Shown one piece after another: positions 25,536 to 37,701 of a DNA stretch of 64,000 bases (positions within the stretch are counted from its first letter, which is position 1; the number at the start of each line of letters is the position of its first letter). Position numbers and translations under genes: made by a program. The notes under the pieces are model-generated. The model made no database searches and was not told where the DNA came from. It saw only the letters and a program-made list of their open reading frames with translations. This DNA is from Anaeramoeba ignava BMAN (Eukaryota > Protista > Anaeramoebae): contig JAPDFW010000106.1 of the NCBI GenBank assembly GCA_028826165.1, positions 62,001-126,000 of the forward strand, read 5' to 3'.

Positions 25536-26561
25536 TCAATCATCAGATTCATCTGAAGTTGAATTTGAATTTGAATTTGAATTTGAATGATCATTTTGAA
25601 GATTTTGTTGATAAATTTTCATAGCTTCTTGATATTTTGTTCTTTCTTTTTCAGCTTCAATTCTAAAAATCTAATAAATAAATAAATAATTTTTAATTTT
25701 AATAATAAAAATTGTATCTTTCATGTAAAAATTATTTTTTTGATCCACTTTATGAAATGAATTTTTTATTGTTTTTAGAAAAATTTACTTTTTTTTCTTC
25801 TTCAGATAATTTACTCCATTTTTCTCCAATTAAAACACTTAATTTACTTGCGTGGATCCCAGGATTTTCATTTTGAAGATTTGCTCTTACTGAACGAGCG
25901 AATAAAAAATAAGGATTCTGAGGTCTTTTTGGTTTTGTTTTTGGTTTTGTTTCTTTTGGTTGTTGTTGTTTTTGTTGTTGTTTTTCTGGTTGTTTTTCTG
26001 TTTTTCTTCTTTGTTTGATATTTTGATTTTGATCATCTTCTTGATTTGATTCTGTTTGATCTATTTTTTCCATTTCATTTTGAAATTGTTGTTTTTTTTG
26101 CTCTACAATCTCTTCTAAAATTCGATCATATTCTTGTTTTTGTTTTTTAGATTTTTGACGATAAATCTAAAAAAGGAAATACAATCAAAAAAAAAAAAAA
26201 ATTATTGATTAATTTATTTAATTTATTTTAAATTTAATTTTGAATTGTTTTGATAATTTATTTTTTTGATGAAGCAAAAAAAAAGTTGTTTAAAAAAAGT
26301 GTATAAATAATAAGGATAAAGAATAAAGATTCAAACAAAAAAATTGAATCTAGAAAATTATTTTTTTTTTTTTACATCTTTTTTTTTTTCATCTAGTTCA
26401 TTCCACAATTTACCAGTTAATTTACCAATTTGACTGATTGTGAGTGAAGGATTGTTCTTAGTGATCTCCTCTCTTACATCTGCACAAAACAGAAAATAAG
26501 CGTTTGGGGGTTTTTTAGGGATTTTTGGAACGTTTTTATTTTCTTCTGGTTTGGAACACAT
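25536..26561 (-). CDS. Two-HMG-box (HMGB-like) chromatin protein, 3 exons
   Basis: PKKPPNAYFLF...GKLWNEL and PKRPQNPYFLF...GEKWSKL. Introns 26167..26375 and 25671..25788 supply the third helix of each box; stop TGA at 25536-25538. Confidence 0.92.
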
Positions 26562-27379
26562 TTTGGAAAATGAATTAAAAATTTAATTAAAAAAAATTTT
26601 TTATTTTGAATCGGATTTTGTTTTTAAAAAAAAAAATTTTTTAATTTTATAGTTTTATTTAAAAATAAAAGAAAAAATGAAAGTAAAAGAAAAAATGAAA
26701 TTTTTTTTTATTTTTTTATTGTTTTCTTTCCTTTTTGATTTTTTGATATTTTGGTTTTTTATTTTCTTTTTTTTTCTTCTTTTTCCTTTTTTTTCTTTTT
26801 TAAAAAGATTATTTTATACAAGATCCAATTTTTAAATTTTTTTTTTCTTAATTTTTTCTTTATTAAAAAATTTAAGAAAAATAAAATACACAAAAAAAAA
26901 AAAAAATTTTTAAAAATAAAACAATAAAAAAATAAAAAGAAAATTGATAAAAAAAATTTTCTTTTACTCTTATTTTTATTCTTCTTTAATCATTTTGAAT
27001 TAAATTTATTATTTATTTTTTTTTATTTTTAATTTTTTTCTTGTTGAAATTTTTTTGATCAGTTAAAAAAACTATTTTTAATTTATTATTTTAATTTTTA
27101 ATTAATTTTTGTTTATTTTTATTATTTTTTTTAAGTATATTCTTACCCCCAATTTAAATGATCTTTTTCTTATTAATTTAATTCAATTTTTTAATTTTTA
27201 ATTTTATTTTTTTATTTTTATTTTAAACTTTTTAATTAATTTATTTTTTTTTAAAAATAAAGGAACAATAAAATTTTTAAAATTTAATTTCTTTTTACAA
27301 TCAATACTTATTTTGTTTAATAATAATTGAAAAAAATGATTAAATTGAAAAATCGATCCAAAAAAAAAAAACGATCCAA

Positions 27380-29130
27380 AATAATAATAATATAAATTAA
27401 TACAGAAATTAATAATAAAAATATAGAATATAAATTAAATATAAAATAGATTAATTTTCTAAATTAAATTATAAATTAAATATTATTTATTTTATTAATA
27501 TAAATATAATAAAATAATTTAATAATAAATTAATAATATAAATTAATACAAAAATTAATAATAAAATATAGAATATAAATTAAATATAAAATAAATCAAT
27601 TTTTCAAATTAAATTATAAATTAAATATTATTTATTTTTATTAATATAAATATAATAAAATAATTTAATAATAAATTAATAATATAAGTTAATATAAAAA
27701 TTAATAATAAAATATAGAATATAAATTAAATATAAAATATATTAATTTTTAAATTAAATTATAAATTAAATATTATTTATTTTATTAATATAAATATAAT
27801 AAAATAATTTAATAAATTAATAATAAATTAATAATAAATTAATAATAAAAATTAATATAAATTAAAATAAAATTAATTTTTAAATTAAAAATAATATTTT
27901 ATTTTTATTAAATTAAATATAAAATAATTAAATTTAAAAAATTAAATATTATTTATTTTATTAATATAAATATAATGAAATAATTTAATAATAAATTTAA
28001 TAATATAAAATTAATATAAAAATTAATAATAAAATATAGAATATAAATTAAACATAAAATAGATTAATTTTTAAATTAAATTATAAATTAAATATTATTT
28101 ATTTTATTAATATAAATATAATAAAAATAATTTAATAATAAATTAATAATATAAATTAATATAGAAATTAATAATAAAATATAGAATATAAATTAAATAT
28201 AAAATAGATCAATTTTTAAATTAATTTATAAATTAAATATTATTTATTTTATTAATATAAATATAATAAAATAATTTAATAATAAAATAATAATAATAAT
28301 TAATATAAAAATTAATAATAAAATATAGAATATAAATTAAATATAAAATAGATCAATTTTTTTAAATTAATTTATAAATTAAATATTATTTATTTTATTA
28401 ATATAAATATAATAAAATAATTTAATAATAAATTAATAATAATAATTAATATAAAAATTAATAATAAAAATATAGAATATAAATTAAATATAAAATATAT
28501 TAATTTTTTAAATTAAATTATAAATTAAATATTATTTATTTTATTAATATAAATATAATAAAAATAATTTAATAATAAAATAATAATATAAATTAATATA
28601 AAAATTAATAATAAAATATAGAATATAAATTAAATATAAAATATATTAATTTTCTAAATTAAATTATAAATTAAATATTATTTATTTTATTAATATAAAT
28701 ATAATAAAAATAATTTAATAATAAATTAATAATATAAATTAATATAAAAATTAATAATAAAATATAGAATATAAATTAAATATAAAATAGATCAATTTTT
28801 CTAAATTAAATTATAAATTAAATATTATTAATTTTATTAATATAAATATAATAAAATAATTTAATAATAAATTAATAATAAAAATTAATACAGAAATTAA
28901 TAATAAAATATAGAATATAAATTAAATATAAAATAAATTAATTTTCTAAATTAAATTATAAATTAAATATTATTTATTTTATTAATATAAATATAATAAA
29001 ATAATTTAATAATAAATTAATAATAATAATTAATACAGAAATTAATAATAAAATATAGAATATAAATTAAATATAAAATAGATTAATTTTCTAAATTAAA
29101 TTATAAATTAAATATTATTTATTTTATTAA
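27380..29130. repeat. AT-rich tandem satellite, ~145-146-bp unit, ~12 copies
   Basis: Marker ataTAGaata at about 27424, 27569, 27715, (degenerate unit), 28037, 28182, 28326, 28473, 28619, 28765, 28911, 29056. Confidence 0.93.
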
Positions 29131-29259
29131 TATTTTAGATTGATTATTTTTGAATACAAATTATTAGTAATAAATTGAAATTTTTTTTTTTCATTTTTTT
29201 TTTCATTTTTTTTTTCCTTTTTATTATTTTTGCTCTTTATTTTGTTCCGTTAAATTATA

Positions 29260-30639
29260 ATGCAATCTTTAACTTTTGAAGATTTTACAGAAATTGATTT
29301 TATTGACATTTCTTCTTCTGACATTGAAATTGAAAAAGATATTGAAGACAATGAAAACGAAAATCAAATCAAAGAAAAGATGTTTAGCGATGACAGTGAC
29401 AACGAAATTTATCACTTCCAAATTGTGAAAAAAACACCAAAATTTCAATCTGTTCACGACAAAATTTTCTTGAAAAAATGGATGAAAGATATCACATCCT
29501 TTAAAAAAGACGGAGGAGATGAAAAAGAACTTCACAGTAAATCAACAAGTATTTCCTTAGAAACACCTGACATTGACAGCGGTACTGACATTGATGTTCT
29601 TGGCGAAATTGAGAACGTAAAAACCGGCAAAACACAACATAGTACAACAGAACTAGCAGAGTTACAAAAACAGAAATCACAAACAGAAAGTAAGCGTAAC
29701 GAAGCAGAAAGAAAGCAGAAAGCAGAAGCTCTTTTTAACGGAATTGACGTTCCAAAATCCGGCAAAAAAAAAACAAAAACCGTTGAAAAAGTTCACCTTT
29801 CCGGCAACGGCGATAAACCACAAGAAATCCAAAAGGAAGACCAAGAGCCAAAGGTGAAGGACTCAGTTCAAGCCAAAAAGCAAGACCAAGGCATCAATAT
29901 TGAATCAACAACTTCCGGGCTCGAAACTGATACTGTCGAAAGTGATGAAGTTATGGATGTTTTGGGAGAAATTCAAGCTCGACCTATTGAGAACAAAAAT
30001 AAGGAGCAAATCGAAGAACGAAAAAAAAAGGAACAACAGCAGCGGGAGTTGGACGAACAACGCAAACGTGACGAAAGAAAGAAGAAAACTGAAGCGTTAT
30101 TTGATGAGGTTGATTCCAATAAGAAAGGAAAAAAAAACAAAAAGGATAAAAAAAACAAAAAAGGCAAAAACAAAAACAAAAACCCTGATCAACCTCTTGT
30201 TATGCCAATGAATCCCCCGCAAAATGCCAAGCAAAATGATAACCCCAATATTGATGATGATACTTCTGTTTCTAGTTTGGACAGCGACAGTCTTAATAGC
30301 AATGATGATATTGATGTTCTTGGTGAAATCAATGCAAAACCTTCAGACAAGCCCAAAAAACCTTCTCCTCAGGAACTGCAGAAGCAACGCGAGTTGGAGG
30401 AACAAAAAAAACGTGATGAAAGGAAGAAGAAAACTCAGGCTCTTTTTGATGATATTGATTCTAATAAAGCAAAAGTTACAACCCAAGAAAAGAAACCCCA
30501 AAAAAATCAAAACAAAGATATTGAAAAAACTAAAGATAATCTTAAACAAGATTCTCCTCCAGTTAATCGTAATGATGAGAAGAAAGATTTAACAAAATTA
30601 AATCTTGGATTTTCAGATTCTTCTGATTCTGATAAATAA
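29260..30639 (+). CDS. Uncharacterised charged, probably disordered protein with three internal repeats (DVLGEI ... ERKxKxxALF)
   Basis: 459-aa ORF with coding-like GC and an upstream TTCATTTT; no family recognised. Confidence 0.8.
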   Translation: MQSLTFEDFTEIDFIDISSSDIEIEKDIEDNENENQIKEKMFSDDSDNEIYHFQIVKKTPKFQSVHDKIFLKKWMKDITSFKKDGGDEKELHSKSTSISLETPDIDSGTDIDVLGEIENVKTGKTQHSTTELAELQKQKSQTESKRNEAERKQKAEALFNGIDVPKSGKKKTKTVEKVHLSGNGDKPQEIQKEDQEPKVKDSVQAKKQDQGINIESTTSGLETDTVESDEVMDVLGEIQARPIENKNKEQIEERKKKEQQQRELDEQRKRDERKKKTEALFDEVDSNKKGKKNKKDKKNKKGKNKNKNPDQPLVMPMNPPQNAKQNDNPNIDDDTSVSSLDSDSLNSNDDIDVLGEINAKPSDKPKKPSPQELQKQRELEEQKKRDERKKKTQALFDDIDSNKAKVTTQEKKPQKNQNKDIEKTKDNLKQDSPPVNRNDEKKDLTKLNLGFSDSSDSDK

Positions 30640-30881
30640 TTATTTCATCCAAAAAAAAAAAACACAAAATTATTTTTTTTAATCAAATAATTGAATTTTT
30701 TTTTTTTGAACCGAATTTAAAAAGAAAAATAAAAAGAAAAAAAAAAGAAAAATAAAAGAAAAATAAAAGAAAAAATAAAAGAAAAAATAAAAGAAAAATA
30801 AAAGAAAAAATAAAAGAAAATAAAAGTGGAATTTAAAAGTGGAATTTTAAAAAGTTCCAAATTTTTTTTTCAATTAAAAAT

Positions 30882-33767
30882 TTAATTGAGAAATGATTTT
30901 GCTTTATGAGTTAAATCTTTTGCAGTTTTACCATCGGTAACATCACCAATTGCTTTAAAATTCCAAACATTTTCACGAACAATTAAACCAACAATTAAAG
31001 CAGTTTTTGCACCAAGTTTTTTCAAATTGTATCTTATTCTTTCTTTTTTAGAATTTGGAGCTAAAATTCGAACAAAAGAATTTTGAATAGTATTAAAAGT
31101 GTGACCTGAATAAGAAGTTACAACAACAACTAAATATTTAACTTCTCTTGCAATTTTATTAAGATTTACTGTTATCACTTCATCATCACCTTGTCCTTGT
31201 CCAGTTACATTATCACCTGAATGAACGATTGAATTATCTTTACTTGTTTTGTTTGCATAATAAACCTAATTTTAATTTTATAAATGAATTTGAATTTGAA
31301 TTTTAATTTTAATTTAAATTTTAATGAATTTTTATAAATGAATCTTGTTTACAGTATCATAAATATCCTTCTTATAATCATACATCAAAATACTTGCATC
31401 AAGATCCACAGATCTTCCACTAGTTTTTGGAGGATCCCAACCCAAACCAACATGCATTGCAATCAAATCTGAAGGAATTTCACAAGATTGACCTTTAGAA
31501 AGCATAATTTTCTTTTCATTAGGTTTAATCTTAATATTTGGAATCAAATCAAGAAGAGATTCTTTTAATTGAGGAATAACTGATCCAAAACCACGTGGCA
31601 TTTCTTTTAAATTTTTGTCAGGCAAAAAACGGTTTATTTGAGAATAACGCCATAAACCTTGATAACGGAAAAGTCTTCCAAAAATAAGAACGGTTTTTCC
31701 TTGTGCTTGATTGCAGCCGAGAGAAAAATGATAGAGCTCTTTATTGTCAGTTGAATCAACAATGTGAGAAGTGGCAGTTTCAACGTTTGAAAAGGTATGC
31801 TGTTGGGAATAGACAGAAATAACAAACAGAATTGCAACAACCGACTTGTCAATTTTTTGGAGAATCATTTGGATCGTCTCATCATCGCCTTCTCCCCTTC
31901 CTGTGGTGTTATCCCCTGATAAAACCAATGAATTGTCTTTTGAAGTTTGATTTCCAAAATAAACGCTGTCAAAAATATTTCCTTTTTGATCAAACATAAC
32001 GGCTGAAACATCAAGATCAACACCTTTTTCATCAAGAAGATCCCACGCAAGTCCAAAAAAGAGCTTGCGCGGTTCAAATTCTTCCTCAATAGAAACCTCA
32101 ATTCCAAAATTCAATTCTTTTGGCTTGGCAATTTGTGGATTTTGATTTGTTTCGTTAGAATCGGATCGTGATTTGATCTCAATACTCAATTTTATATGGA
32201 TTTCTCCTTGTGCTTTTTGTCCGCTTTTAATTGGAACTAATTCTTGCCATTGTTCATACTCAATCGTTGGCTGATTGGTGTTAGACTCTACTAATTCTCT
32301 TACGCTTATTTTTGTTTTTCCTAGTGGATCATCTCCCCCAAATCGATCCCAATCATAAACTTCAAATTCGAGATCAGAATCAAGTTTCATTTTCTCAAAC
32401 TTTAGTTTTTCATTCCAAACAGGATCCAATGTTTTTTTGATTGTTTTAGTTTTTTGTTTTTTCTTTCCGTAAAAAACTTTGCAATAAGGATCACTTTTTC
32501 CATTACTAATTTTATAAATAATTTTATAATTAATTTTATAAATAATTTAATAAATAATTTTATAAATAATTTTATATTTGATTTTATATTTAATTTTATA
32601 ATTAATTTTATAATTAATTTTATATTAAATTTTATAAATAATTTTATAAATAATTTTATAAATAATTTTATAAATAATTTTATAAATAATTTTATAAATA
32701 ATTTTATAAATAATTTTTATAAATAATTTTTTTATATTTGATTTTTTTATATTTAATTTTATATTTAATTTTATAATTAATTTTATTAATAATTTTATAA
32801 TTAATTTTATATTTAATTTAATAAATAATTTTATAAATAATTTTATAAATAATTTAATTTAATAATTTTATAAATAATTTTTATAAATAATTTAATAAAT
32901 AAATAATTTTATATATAATTTTATAAATATAATTTTATATTTAATTTTATATTTAATTTTATATTTAATTTTATATAATTAATTTTTATAAATAATATTT
33001 AATTTTATATTAATTTTTAATAATTTAATTATTTTATAAAATAATTTTTTATATTTTAATTTTATAATTAATTTTTTTTTTATTTTTAATTTTTATAAAT
33101 TAATTTTATAAATAATTTTATATTTAATTTTATAATTTTATAATTAATTTTATAAATAATTTAATAAATAATTTTTATATTTAATTTTTTATAAATAATT
33201 TTATATTTTTTAATTTTATAATTAATTTTATAAATAATTTAATTTTAAAATAATTTTATATTTAATTTTATATATAATTTTTATAAATAATTTTTTATAA
33301 AATAAATTTTTATAAATAATTTTTTTATAAATAATTTTATAATAATTTATAAATAATTTAATAAATAATTTTATAAATAATTTTTATAAATAATTTTTAT
33401 AATTAATTTTATAATTAATAATTTTATATATAATTTTATAATTTAATATTTAATTTTTTAATTTTTATATTTAATTTTATAAATAATTTTATAAATAATT
33501 TTATAAATAATTTTATAAATAATTTTATAAATAATTTTATATATAATTTTATATTTTTAATTTTATAAATAATTTTATAATTAATTTTTATTTTTAAATA
33601 ATTTTATAATAAATTTTTAAATAATAAATAATTTTATTTTAATAAAATAATTTTATAATTAATTTTATAATTAATTTTATTAATAATTTTATATTTGTGT
33701 TTATCTATCTGATATAAATTTTTTTTGCTTCAATAACTGTTATAAAAAATAATTTTCCAGTTGTCAT
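30882..33767 (-). CDS. C2 domain + two TerD (tellurium-resistance/CABP1-like) domains
   Basis: Exon 1 from ATG 33767 (MTTGKLFFITVIEAK.., noisy end). Exon 2 32505..31353 (NGKSDPYCKV, TLDPVWNE, VYDWDRFGGDDPLG; FGLAWD..VDLDVSA..SGDNTTGRGEGDDETI; GLGWD..VDLDAS). Intron 31266..31352. Exon 3 (HSGDNVTGQGQGDDEVI...WNFKAIG). Confidence 0.88.
32507..33690. repeat. Intronic degenerate 12-mer array (AATTTTATAAAT)
   Basis: Directly visible; increasingly irregular in the middle. Confidence 0.85.
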
Positions 33768-33979
33768 TTAATTTATTTTTAAATGAAAAATGAAAAAAAA
33801 TGAAAAATAATTTTAAAATTTTGCTTTTTTATTAAAAAAAAATATTTGTTTGTTTTTTATTTCAATTTTTTTGTTGTTTTTTGATTAAATTGTTTAAAAA
33901 GTAAAAAAGAAAAATTGAAGTGTTGATTAAAAAAAAAAAGGAGAAAAGAAAGTGAGAAAAAAAAGAAATTGAAAAGAAG

Positions 33980-36068
33980 TTAATGTCTGCAAGCAAGATC
34001 CAAGATTACATTAATAAATCCACAGATCATTAAAACAATTCCAACAGCCAATCCAAGATCACCTAAAATTTAAAATGGAAAAATTTTTTAATTTAAATTT
34101 TGATTTTGATTTTAATTTTAAATTTTGATTTTGATTTTATATTTAATTTTGAATTTTTTAATAATTTTAATTTTAATTTTAATTTTAATTTTAATTTTGA
34201 TTTTAATTTTGATTTTAATTTTGATTTTGATTTTGATATTGATTTTGATTTTTGATTTTGATTTTGATTTTGATTTTGATTTTTATTTTGATTTTGATTT
34301 TGATTTTGATTTTGATTTTTGAAAATTACCTGTGACACCCAATGTTACAAAACCAATGATAAAATACCAAAATCCAAGTGAAATTCTATTCATTAGAAAA
34401 TGAAAATAAACCTCCATAAAATGTAATTTAAATTCAGCAAGAATTGTGAGGATTGCAATTAAACTAAATAATTTAATTCAAAATAATTTAATAATTTAAT
34501 TTAAAATAATTTAATAATTTAATAATTTAATAATTTAATTCAGAATAATTCAAAATAATTTAAAATAATTTAATAATTTAATAATTTAATTCAAAATAAT
34601 TTAATAATTTAATTCAAAATAATTTATTAATTTAATTCAAAATAATTTAATAATTTAATTCAAAAAAAATAATTTAATAATTCAATAATTTAATAATTTA
34701 ATAATTTAATAATTTTAATAAAATAATTTAATAATTTAATTCAAAATAATTTAATAATTTAATTCAAAATAATTTATTTCAAAATAATTTAATTCAAAAT
34801 AATTTATTTCAAAATAATTTAATACTACAAAATAATTTAATAATTTAAAATAATTTAATTCAAAAAATAATTTAATAATTTAATTTAAAATAATTTAATA
34901 ATTTAATTCAAAATAATTTAATTTAAAATAATTTAATAATTTAATTCAAAATAATTTAATTCAAAATAATTTAATAATTTAATTCAATATAATTTAATAA
35001 TTTAATTTAAAATAATTTAATAATTTACATTAAAAATAATTTAATTCAAAATAATTTAATAATTTAATAATTTAATTCAAAATAATTTAGTAATTTAATT
35101 TAAAAATAATTTAGTAATTTAATTTAAAAAATAATTTAATAATTCAATTCAAAATAATTTAGTAATTTAATTTAAAATAATTTAATAATTTAATTCAAAA
35201 TAATTTAATAATTTAATTTAATTTAATTTAAAATAATTTAATAATTTACATTAAAAAATAATTTAATAATTTACATTCAAAAATAATTTAATAATTTAAT
35301 TTAATTTTAAACTAATATAATTTAATTCAAAAATAATTTAATTCAAAATAATTTAATAATTTAATTCAAAATAATTTAATAATTTAATAATTTAATAATT
35401 TAATAATTTAATAATTTAATAATTCAATTCAAAATAATTTAGTAATTTAATTTAAAATAATTTAATAATTTAATTCAAAATAATTTAATAATTTAATTTA
35501 AAATAATTTAATTCAAAATAATTTAATAATTTAATTCAAAATAATTTAATAATTTAAAATAATTTAATAATTTACATTAAAAATGTGCAAATAATAGCCA
35601 TTTCAAATAAAGCATTATGATGATCAACTCTTCCATCTTTAAATGATAATCGAGCTCTAAAAAATATTATTATTTATTTATTATTTATTTTTTTTCATAA
35701 ACAAAAAAAAAATTTTGGAAAAATAAATTTAATAATGAAAAAAATTTTTTTTTTTAAAAAATCCACAATAAAAATTAATCATACCCATCACATTTAGAAA
35801 TACCAACTCCACCTTTAAAATTAAAATTAAAATTAAAATTAAAATTAAAATTAAAATTAAAATTAAAATTAAAATTAAAATTAAAATTAAAATTAAAATT
35901 AAAATTAAAATTAAAATTAAAATTAAAAATAATCGAAAAAAAAAATAATTATCATTTTCAGTTAAATTTTTTAATTGAATTTAAATTACCTGTCACTATT
36001 AAAGTAATACAACATAAAATTCCAAAACCTCTTAAAATATAATTTAAATTAATAACTTGAACACCCAT
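33980..36068 (-). CDS. Small multi-TM protein, COPI-associated/TVP15-like, 5 exons (not in ORF track)
   Basis: Exons 36068..35990, 35812..35785, 35656..35576, 34463..34330, 34062..33980 splice in frame: MGVQVINLNYILRGFGILCVITLIVTGG...ILAEFKLHFMEVYFHFLMNRISLGFWYFIIGFVTLG...VGIVLMICGFINVIL. Family call rests on the AE..F.FL....G.YF..G pattern. Confidence 0.8.
34465..35574. repeat. Intronic 9/15-bp compound minisatellite (AATAATTTA / AATAATTTAATTCAA)
   Basis: Directly visible. Confidence 0.9.
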
Positions 36069-36217
36069 TTTAATTGGAAAAAAAAAACAAGAATAAAAGG
36101 GAAAAATAAAGAATAAAAGGAAAAAATAAATTCATTTTTTTATTTTTTATTTTTTTTTTTTTTGCTTTTTTTTAATAATTTTTAATAATTTTGAGTAATT
36201 TCATTTTTATTTCTAAA

Positions 36218-37643
36218 ATGGAAACTTATTTAAATTTAGAAAAACTTTCAAATGATTTAAAAAACTTATTTCAAAATCAAAAAGAAAACCAAAACCAAGA
36301 AGAAAGTTATTTTGATTTTGAAATAATTTGTGAACAAAATCAAACTTCATTTAAAACTCATAAATCAATTCTTTCTTCAAGAAGTGATTATTTTAAATCT
36401 CTTTTCAAATCTAAAATGAAAGAATATCAAGAAAATAAAATGATTCTGCAAGATGTTTCAAGTTCAGTTCTATCTTCAATTTTGAATTACTTTTATTCAG
36501 GAAAAATTGAAATTAATTTAGAAAATGCAATAGAAATTTTAGTTTTTTCATCAAAATATTTAATTGATGAATTAGTTGGATTTGCTTCAAGTTTTATCAA
36601 AAACAATTTACAATTTGAAACTATTATTGATATTCTTAAATTATCTGAATCAATGAACTTAAATCAATTATTAGATTCTTCTTATAAATTTATTTTTCAA
36701 AATTTTGATAAATTTATTAAAACTCCTTTTTTTCTTGAACTTGAAGAAAATCATTTAAATTTAATATTATCAAATGATGATGTTCAAGCAGATGAATTTA
36801 AAATTTTTCAATCAATAATAAAATGGGGAAAACATAAATCAAATATTAATAATCAAATTTCAAATATTATTGATAAAATTAGATTTATTGACTTTTCAAA
36901 AAAAGAACTTGAAGATACTTTGAAAGAAGAATTAATTCCAAATCAAATTTCACAAAAATTAATTGAATTCCAAAATCTTCAAAAAAACCCAAAAAGGAAT
37001 GAAAAAAAAATAAAAGAATTTATCCAAAAAGAAAATCAAGTTTCATTAATTTTCAAAACAAGATTCAATTTAGATTCAGAAATTATTAAAGAAAAAGAAC
37101 ACTTCAATCTTATAAAAGAATGGTTAAATGATGACTATTTTTTCTCTCAAATGAAAAAAGGATTTTCAGCCAAAAAGAGATGGATTTAATTGTAAAAAAT
37201 GGCATAAGAAATGTGATGATAAAGGAAAAACATTAATTATTATCAAAACCAAAGATAATTTTATTTTTGGAGGATTTACTAAAGTTGGATTTACAACTGA
37301 TAAATCAAAATGGAAAAAAGATTCAGGTGGAGGATACATTAAAGATCAAAATGCATTTATTTTTTCACTAAGAAATGATAAAGGAGATAGAAAACCAGAG
37401 AGATTTACAATTAAAAAAGATCAAGAAGAATTTGCAATTTATAACAGATATAAAGATTTAGGTCCTTATTTTGGAATTTTTGAATTTTGGCTAACTTCTA
37501 ATTTAAAAACTGGATATTCAAATTTTGGTCAGAGTTACAATCTCCCTGATGGAATGGAATATAACACAACGGAATCTTTTGTTTATTTAGCTGGTTGTCA
37601 GAATGAGTGGGTTGTTGATGAACTCGAAACATTTTTCATTTAA
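36218..37643 (+). CDS. BTB-BACK-TLDc protein with one +1 homopolymer frameshift at 37172-37176
   Basis: ATG 36218 (METYLNLEKLS), close paralog of 42346. Removing one A restores SAKRDGFNCKKWH...VVDELETFFI* ending at 37643. Confidence 0.85.
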
Positions 37644-37701
37644 AATCAAAAATTAAAAATCAAAAATTAAAATCTAATTTTCGTTTTATTTATTTTCCTG
37701 C

